This document shows, piece after piece, positions 57,575 to 64,000 of a stretch of 64,000 nucleotides of DNA. The translations under genes and the position numbers were made by a program. Source of the DNA: an uncultured bacterium. GTDB lineage: Bacteria; Verrucomicrobiota; Verrucomicrobiia; Verrucomicrobiales; DEV007. The stretch spans positions 352,001-416,000 of the forward strand of contig CAXBMO010000002.1 of assembly GCA_963977015.1 (NCBI GenBank), given 5' to 3'. The first letter of the stretch is position 1; each line of letters starts with the position of its first letter. The notes below the pieces were generated by a model, which was not told where the DNA came from, did no database searches, and saw only the letters and a program-made list of their open reading frames with translations.

Positions 57575-59314
57575 TTACTTTGCGAGAGCTTCACGGGTCG
57601 GAGCAACCCGCACATTACCAAATCCAACGTCGCCATTGTTGTGAAGGACGACCTTTGAAAGATTGGCGTCGCTGCGGCCTTTCCGATTCGTCAGCGTCCA
57701 GTTCGCCGGTTCGGCGGGAATTTCCCCCGGGACGCCGAGTTGAACCAACACCTCGTCAGGATTTTCACGATGACTGTGGAGACGAATCAAGACCGTATGA
57801 CGACTTCCTGGCTCGAGCTTCGGCCCGGTCACCGTTTTCTGGTAGAGTGCCGCGGTAAGCCGCCCTTGCGCGTCGATTCCGATCATGACGCGCTCTTCGC
57901 CGCGGGCCGTGGCCAAGGCGAATGACACCCGCTCGCCGACTTCAGGGACAAGCAGATCAGCGGCTGCCCACAGCGTCGCCCCTTCGTTCCCGAGATCGAT
58001 CCAGTCCACCGGCGGTTGTTGAGGTGCCTTTTTGACCGGAACATGCCTGGCCAACTCGACCGTGTCGGGCATTTCGAGACGCTCCAGCTCGTCGAGCGAA
58101 ACTTTCATGACTTCCATGGTTTGTTTCGCTCCGGAGAATGCGACCAGCAGATGATCGTCATGTTCGATGATGTGTGGGTAGTCGATATGGCGACCGCCAA
58201 TCAGCCAAAAGAGTTTGGTATAAACACGTCCGTCCTGACTGATTGCCAGGGTGAGCGGATTGCGTCCACGGGGATTGGAATTGGACACCATGACATAATA
58301 GCCGCGACTGGTTCGATGAACGAAAAATTTACTGGTGGCATCGGGGAAATTGGTGCGTCGGATCGGGCTCCAGGTCTTGCCATTGTCATGAGAAAACGTG
58401 CGGAGCAGGTATTTCGAACCTCCGTTGTCGCGAATCAGGCCGACGATCGTTTTCCCGTCGGGAAGGATATACCAATAAGGCTCCTCCGGGCGACCCTTAC
58501 CATCGTATGCGGCGAGAGGGTTGATCCGCCAATCATTGAAAGCTTTGGTTCCGCCGATCATGACCGAAACCTGGCGCTGATGATCGCGACGAGTCATCAT
58601 CCACTCGCCGGACGGAAGGAGCTTGGGCGGGAAGTTGTTCATGGAATCGTCAAGGACCGTGCCGTGGGGCACCCAATCCGACCCAGTCCAGCGAAACGCC
58701 TCCAAACTCAAACCGAGTCCGGCATAACCCGGTGCATTGAAATGGCTGGAGAGTGCGAGCAACTCCCCGTCGCGCTTCCACATCCCACGGGCAATCCACC
58801 CATAGTTTTCGATCCGGGGCGGGCCGGTCAAATCTGCGGGTTTGCTCCAGTGCAGGCCGTCCTTGCTCGTCGCATAGGAATTGCGGGTGTCCGGGCGATC
58901 GTGGCCGGGAACAATGTTCCGATGTTGCTCTGCGGTGGCGCCGGGCTTCGGCACTCCCGGACCATCGCTCCACATCGCAAAGAACAAGCCATCGTGATGG
59001 GCGAGGTAGGCATGTTGATGAACGCGGGTGCCGGCCTGGTCGCGGACATCGCTGATGATGGCGTGTTCGGCAGGAACGCGCGGAAGTTTTGAGGAGTCAA
59101 TCTGGTGCGGATCATCCGGCAACCAGTCTCCGGAGAGCATGATGGACGATTCGGAATCCATGTTGCCATCTTCCGCGTTTACGGAAACGACGATCAGGGC
59201 CGCCGCAATGGCCACTATCGATTTACGGACAGTCTTCCCGGGAAAGATATCTTGTAGAATAGGAGAGATTTCAGGGGACACTTTTTGATTTCGAAAACAG
59301 ATACTAGCATTCAT
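57575..59314 (-). CDS. Exo-alpha-sialidase-like (BNR repeat) protein
   Basis: Asp-boxes SKDGLHW, SHDNGKTW and SQDGRVY; RNPLTLAIS and DYPH; ATG 59314 overlaps the upstream stop. Confidence 0.8.
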   Translation of the reverse strand: MNASICFRNQKVSPEISPILQDIFPGKTVRKSIVAIAAALIVVSVNAEDGNMDSESSIMLSGDWLPDDPHQIDSSKLPRVPAEHAIISDVRDQAGTRVHQHAYLAHHDGLFFAMWSDGPGVPKPGATAEQHRNIVPGHDRPDTRNSYATSKDGLHWSKPADLTGPPRIENYGWIARGMWKRDGELLALSSHFNAPGYAGLGLSLEAFRWTGSDWVPHGTVLDDSMNNFPPKLLPSGEWMMTRRDHQRQVSVMIGGTKAFNDWRINPLAAYDGKGRPEEPYWYILPDGKTIVGLIRDNGGSKYLLRTFSHDNGKTWSPIRRTNFPDATSKFFVHRTSRGYYVMVSNSNPRGRNPLTLAISQDGRVYTKLFWLIGGRHIDYPHIIEHDDHLLVAFSGAKQTMEVMKVSLDELERLEMPDTVELARHVPVKKAPQQPPVDWIDLGNEGATLWAAADLLVPEVGERVSFALATARGEERVMIGIDAQGRLTAALYQKTVTGPKLEPGSRHTVLIRLHSHRENPDEVLVQLGVPGEIPAEPANWTLTNRKGRSDANLSKVVLHNNGDVGFGNVRVAPTREALAK

Positions 59315-60840
59315 AAAATTTGACCTTGTTGTTTCAGTGATTCGCGAAGTTCTCCCGATGGCACCTGCCGCGGTTGGCACCCCCGAGACAGAGCGATATG
59401 GGCCGCCGTTCCCGCGGCCTGCCCGAGACACATCCACGTCGGTTCCATGCGGATGGAGGAATAGGCGACGTGGGTCGTGCTGGCCGCGACCGGAACGAGA
59501 AGTCCGTCGATCGACTTCGGGATCATCATGCGGTAGGGAATCTGGTAGGGCCGCGTGACCGAATCGAGCATGCCAAGATAGCCCTCCAGCACCACGGTGT
59601 CGCCGGGTTGTCGTTTGCGGCAGGGAAAGCTGTCGATCGGGAATTCGCCGATCGCGACGGTGTCGGGATGACTGCGACCGGCGTCCGTCGTCATGTCGTG
59701 TTCGGTTAGGGTGTATTCGCCCACGAGACGGCGGGCCTCGCGGACGTAGAGTTGGAAAGGGAAGTGACCGTTGTCACCCCACTCATCACGCGGCAGATGA
59801 TAACTGCGCGCGATCTCACGGTGGGCTTCGGGAATCTCCTCGTCGTTCTGAAGAAAAAAAAGCAGTCCGAGAACCAGTTGACGGTGCCGTTCACAAATGC
59901 GCTGACGGGCGGCGGCGTCGCCTTCAACATAACCGGCGTTCTCTTCCGGGAACGGAAATCCAAGCGGACGCGGGTTGATGTTAACGTCGGTCTTCTGATT
60001 CGGGATTTCCGCGACGGACAGGGCGCGAACCATGGTATCGAAATGGGCTGGGTTGTAACCACGGCCGGCCTTGACCACCTTCGGCGCACCAAGTCGTCCG
60101 GCGGTGAGATCGTCGAAATATCCGACATAGTTTTCCCGATCGTAACCGGTTGGTGGTTCGGTCAGGACGTGCGCGTTATCCGGATTGGTCGTCAAGCAAA
60201 GGCGATAGGTGTAGGCGGGTAACCGGTCGTCGGCCTCCCCTGTCGATCCGGGGAGAAATTTGCCGCGCTGATAATCGAAGTAAACCACACCGGCATGTGG
60301 TTCCCCAAACTCTTCGCGCGATTCGCGCCCGAGGCGAAATTCCGCGCCAGCTGCGGCGTAGAGATCGCCTTCGTAGGTGGCGTCGACAAATACCTCTGCC
60401 GTAAGCCGACGAATCGCGCCCGACGATCGATTCATGATTTCAATCTCCGTCAGTCGCTGTTGGCTGGTGTGGGCGGATTCCAGACGCCAACCTTTCAGCC
60501 CGGTGATCCCCGGCTGTTCGGCAATCATCTCTTCAAAAACGCCCTCGGCGACCGAAGGCTCCGTGTAGTAACCATCCTGACAAAGCCGCGCATTTTCCGA
60601 ATTCTCTCCGTAGCGCTCGTGATAGAACCGACGCACCCGCGTCGTAAATTCCCGGAACAGGCCGCCGATCAGTTCGCGATTTTCCACGTCGCTCTTGCCC
60701 AGTCCGCTGGCCGTCATGCCGCCGATGTGATGGTGATATTCAACCAACGCAACCGACCGGCCCAATCGGGCGGCCGCCACCGCAGCGGCAATGCCTCCGG
60801 GTGTAGCGCCGAGAATGACGATCTCGAACGAGTCGCTCAT
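59311..60840 (-). CDS. FAD-dependent oxidoreductase (FAD_oxidored family)
   Basis: GATPGGIAAAVAAAR, FVDATYEGDL, YVREARR and SSIRMEPTWM motifs. Confidence 0.9.
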   Translation of the reverse strand: MSDSFEIVILGATPGGIAAAVAAARLGRSVALVEYHHHIGGMTASGLGKSDVENRELIGGLFREFTTRVRRFYHERYGENSENARLCQDGYYTEPSVAEGVFEEMIAEQPGITGLKGWRLESAHTSQQRLTEIEIMNRSSGAIRRLTAEVFVDATYEGDLYAAAGAEFRLGRESREEFGEPHAGVVYFDYQRGKFLPGSTGEADDRLPAYTYRLCLTTNPDNAHVLTEPPTGYDRENYVGYFDDLTAGRLGAPKVVKAGRGYNPAHFDTMVRALSVAEIPNQKTDVNINPRPLGFPFPEENAGYVEGDAAARQRICERHRQLVLGLLFFLQNDEEIPEAHREIARSYHLPRDEWGDNGHFPFQLYVREARRLVGEYTLTEHDMTTDAGRSHPDTVAIGEFPIDSFPCRKRQPGDTVVLEGYLGMLDSVTRPYQIPYRMMIPKSIDGLLVPVAASTTHVAYSSIRMEPTWMCLGQAAGTAAHIALSRGCQPRQVPSGELRESLKQQGQIL

Positions 60841-62375
60841 GAGGCGTCGCCTTTCTTTTTCAGGGTCCAGACGGTCAGTCCGCTGAGATCATTGCGATTT
60901 CGGCCACAGACCAATGCCGCGATTCCCGCTATCAATAGAAACGCGAGGTTAACCAAAACCCCGGTCCAGTAGGAATGAACCGGCAGGCTGAATCGATCCG
61001 GCAACCAATCCAACGAATTGACGCCCAAATATAGATTGAGGAAAACGGCACAGCAGAGGCCGATCAACGCAGCCCGGTTGCCGATTCGCGTCGTGAAAAA
61101 TCCGGTCATGAAGAGTCCCAGCAAACACCCGCCAAATACCGACGCGGCAATCCAACTGAGATCGTTGATACTTTCCTTTTCAATCGAGCTGAACAGGATT
61201 GCCCCCAGGATCATCAATACCGATGCGGCGATCGCCACGATTCGCGCCCAGCGGAGGTAAAAGCGATCGTCCCGGTTTCGGGCGAAGTAGGGTTTCATGA
61301 GATCGACGGTCACCACGGTCGAGATGGCGTTGATCGATGAATCCAGGCTCGACATCGCCGCAGCCAAAACCCCCGCGATTACCAACCCGGTTATCCCGAC
61401 TGGAACCTGGGTCAGGATAAAATAGGGAAATACCGCGTCGGCCTCCAGACCTGCTACCTTTTCGTCCGGATGGATGCTGTAGAAAACATAAACACAAGTC
61501 CCCAGCAAAAAGAAAAACGCCCACGTCGGCACCGCGATCGCGGAATAGATCGTGGTCGCTTTTCGCGCCTCCTTCAAGCTCTTCGCGGCGAGGTAGCGTT
61601 GCACGACATTTTGATCACTGGAATACATCGTCAGCCAACTAACGATACCGATCAGCGCCACCGTCCAGAAGGTTCGCTCGTTCAGATTGAATCCTAACGA
61701 ACCCATCGCAAACTTTTGATGTTGCGCCCCGACTTCAACGATCTGCCCGACGCCTCCCGGTAACTGCCAGACGACGGTCGCGAAGCAAACAATCCCACCA
61801 ACCCAGAGCACGATCGACTGCACCACATCGGTCCAGATGACCGCGCCGATACCGCCGGCGATGGTATAAAGTGAGATGAAGACGCCGACAAAAACGATCA
61901 CCAGCCGAATATCGAATCCCGTCAGCAGGCTGACCGGAATCGCGACGAGAAACAGCACTTTCCCCAGCCGGATCAACTGAAGCAGGATAAAACTCAAGGT
62001 TCCGTAAAGCCGCACGCCGGGGCCAAAACGATCGCCCAGATACTCAAAAGCCGAGGTGGTATTTCCACGCCGGAAGAAGGGAATAAAGACAATAATCGCC
62101 AAAACCGCGACGAACGGCAGCATCAGGTTCGAGACCAGTTGCCGCCAGTCCAGGGTGAAGGCCGCGGCGGGAAAGGCGAGAAAAGTGACCGAACTGATCG
62201 AAGTTCCGAGCATCGATATCCCGATGACCCACCCCGGAAATGCCCGCCCGCCGAGGAAATATTGTTCGGTCGTCGTGTTGCGGCGCGAAAACCAGATGCC
62301 CAGCGCCGCCATTCCCAGCAAATAGAGAATGATGACGGCGATATCAAGGGGGCGGGCCTGGATGGCGTCATGCAT
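60837..62375 (-). CDS. Sodium:solute symporter (SSS; SiaT-like)
   Basis: YFLGGR, SISSVTFLAFP, AVIWTDVVQ, DQNVVQRY and AAAMSSLDSSIN motifs. Confidence 0.92.
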   Translation of the reverse strand: MHDAIQARPLDIAVIILYLLGMAALGIWFSRRNTTTEQYFLGGRAFPGWVIGISMLGTSISSVTFLAFPAAAFTLDWRQLVSNLMLPFVAVLAIIVFIPFFRRGNTTSAFEYLGDRFGPGVRLYGTLSFILLQLIRLGKVLFLVAIPVSLLTGFDIRLVIVFVGVFISLYTIAGGIGAVIWTDVVQSIVLWVGGIVCFATVVWQLPGGVGQIVEVGAQHQKFAMGSLGFNLNERTFWTVALIGIVSWLTMYSSDQNVVQRYLAAKSLKEARKATTIYSAIAVPTWAFFFLLGTCVYVFYSIHPDEKVAGLEADAVFPYFILTQVPVGITGLVIAGVLAAAMSSLDSSINAISTVVTVDLMKPYFARNRDDRFYLRWARIVAIAASVLMILGAILFSSIEKESINDLSWIAASVFGGCLLGLFMTGFFTTRIGNRAALIGLCCAVFLNLYLGVNSLDWLPDRFSLPVHSYWTGVLVNLAFLLIAGIAALVCGRNRNDLSGLTVWTLKKKGDAS

Positions 62376-62445
62376 TCACCGGATCGTAAGCGTTTTCCGG
62401 TGGAAACCAATGGCAGTTCCGCGCATGTTTTTAACAAAAACGATC

Positions 62446-63189
62446 ATGCCGAATTCGATCATCTATGTGGGAGGCGCTCACGTCCGGTTCCATCAGTCCC
62501 TCCATCTCCGCCCGCGGCAGATCGGGAATTACCGTTTCCTTTTTGTCGAATCCGGCCGTGGTGAGTTCTTTTTCGCCGATGAATCCCTGCCGGTTCAAGG
62601 GCGAACCCTCCTGTTACTTTCGCCGGGCATGCGCGAGACACGATATTCCGATACCGAACCGGTTTCCTATTTCTATATCGAATTCAAAAGCCCCGACACC
62701 CTGATGGCGGATCCCTTTCTCAAATGCCTCGAATCGTCGCCGCATTTTCAAACGATCGTCTGCCTACTTCGATCGACTCTGAGAAAGAAAGGGGAAGCGG
62801 TTCATCTGCTTCCGGCCGCGATCGAGTTGACCTTGCACAGCCCGGGACGCGTGGGCTCCACCCGGGCGATGGATCCCCGAATTCGTCGCGTCCTACAGTT
62901 TATCGAAAACAACCTGGCGCGCCCGATGCTCGTCTCGGAATTGGCTCAGGAAGCCAGGGTTTCGGAACCGCAGTTTCGCCGGATTTTTCGAAATGCCATG
63001 TCGGTTGGCCCCAAGGAATATCTCCTGCGAGAACGGATGAATTACGCCCGCCGAATCTTGAGGAGTGAGGGACTGCGTGTCGGGGAAGTGGCTGATTTGC
63101 TACAGTTCGAAACGGTTTACCAATTTTCCAATCAGTACAAAAAGGTTCACGGCTGCAGTCCGGGGCAGGACTCGATCGCTCCCAACTGA
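62446..63189 (+). CDS. AraC-family transcriptional regulator (start uncertain)
   Basis: DPRIRRVLQFIE...ELAQEARVSEPQFRRIF and EVADLLQFETVYQFSNQYKKVHGCSP; divergent from the SSS gene. Confidence 0.88.
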   Translation: MPNSIIYVGGAHVRFHQSLHLRPRQIGNYRFLFVESGRGEFFFADESLPVQGRTLLLLSPGMRETRYSDTEPVSYFYIEFKSPDTLMADPFLKCLESSPHFQTIVCLLRSTLRKKGEAVHLLPAAIELTLHSPGRVGSTRAMDPRIRRVLQFIENNLARPMLVSELAQEARVSEPQFRRIFRNAMSVGPKEYLLRERMNYARRILRSEGLRVGEVADLLQFETVYQFSNQYKKVHGCSPGQDSIAPN

Positions 63190-63291
63190 ACCATCTCGGT
63201 CCTGGAAACAGGTTAGGTTCACGCCCTCGCTCCATCGGCCACCACGTCACCGGGAGTACTTTGGAAACTCGAACGCGAATTCATGGGCTTC

Positions 63292-63310
63292 TGATGTTAT
63301 TGTAACATCA
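63292..63310. promoter_or_regulatory. Palindromic operator abutting the lacI-family start codon
   Basis: TGATGTTA-TTG-TAACATCA, perfect 8-bp arms; the last A is the A of the ATG. Confidence 0.75.
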
Positions 63311-64000
63311 TGCCCCAATCACGAGTCACGCTGCGGGATGTTGCCCAACGGGCCGGAGTCACACCGATGACCGCTTCGCGAGCCCTGCGCAATCAGCCCA
63401 ACGTCGCGCCCGCGACCCGCGATCTGGTGTTCGCTGCCGCGGAGGAACTCGACTATCACATGGATCCGCATCTCTCCCGACTCATGAGCCGGGTGCGTTC
63501 GAAAAAGCAGCGTCCGATCCAGGCCGTCATTGCCGTGCTGCGTGAGGATCCGCCGGGCGAGAATTTTCCAGGGCAACCCTACCGGTTCGTGCCCCTCGAT
63601 TTCATCCGGGAACGGGCGCGATCCCACGGGTTCGAAGTGGAGGAATTCTGGCTGGGCCGGGATGGACTGACGCCGGAGAAAACGCGCCGAATTCTGAGAG
63701 CGCGCGGGATCGAAGCAGTGATCGTATCACCCCAGAGCGAACAACTTCCGTGCAGCCAGTTTGACTACTCGGGATTCGCGGCGGCTACCTTCGGATTTGC
63801 CATGAGCAAGCCGTCCCTGCACACGGCGGCGACGAACCTGCATCTCGGCATTCAGATCGCGACGGAGGAACTCATGGCTCGCGGCTATCGTCGTATCGGC
63901 CTCGCCGTCACCGAATGGCTCGACAGCCGCGTGCAAAACGGTTATCGCAGCGGACTCTATCTCCACCATCAACGGATTCGCGAACAGGACCGGGTGCCTC
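63310..64000 (+). CDS. LacI-family transcriptional regulator, 3' truncated by the window and absent from the ORF track
   Basis: Manual translation: MPQSRVTLRDVAQRAGVTPMTASRALRNQPNVAPATRDLVFAAAEELDY..., later ARGYRRIGL; no stop seen before 64000. Confidence 0.92.
   Translation, partial: MPQSRVTLRDVAQRAGVTPMTASRALRNQPNVAPATRDLVFAAAEELDYHMDPHLSRLMSRVRSKKQRPIQAVIAVLREDPPGENFPGQPYRFVPLDFIRERARSHGFEVEEFWLGRDGLTPEKTRRILRARGIEAVIVSPQSEQLPCSQFDYSGFAAATFGFAMSKPSLHTAATNLHLGIQIATEELMARGYRRIGLAVTEWLDSRVQNGYRSGLYLHHQRIREQDRVP

Overview
Bacterial chromosomal window of roughly 57-60% GC (by eye), most likely Verrucomicrobiota/PVC. That assignment is inferred from the PATR-type giant surface protein, the DUF1592/DUF1552/DUF6797 cytochrome genes, SHD1-like domains and the type of LacI. 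The left half holds the 3' 7.2 kb of a giant repetitive beta-helix/Calx-beta surface protein, lspA, a ClC-CBS channel, a His-rich DUF318/DUF1980 permease pair, mlaE/F/D, mtfA-like, msrB and several secreted hypotheticals. It also holds a lower-GC two-gene cassette (membrane-anchored ParA/MinD ATPase plus a small basic HeH/Rho-N-like protein) and smc. The right half is accessory: alkyl sulfatase/AraC, LysR/TauE, a large CBM-GH-CBM protein, a DUF1592-DUF6797-DUF1552 cluster ending in two tandem paralogues with swapped variable loops, and a sialidase/FAD-oxidoreductase/SSS/AraC/LacI glycan locus carrying a duplicated 40-nt operator-like box. Non-coding structure found by eye includes REP/REPIN-like palindromes and LysR and LacI-type boxes. 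No rRNA, tRNA, CRISPR, transposase or integrase was recognised. Family assignments come from motif recognition, not database searches.
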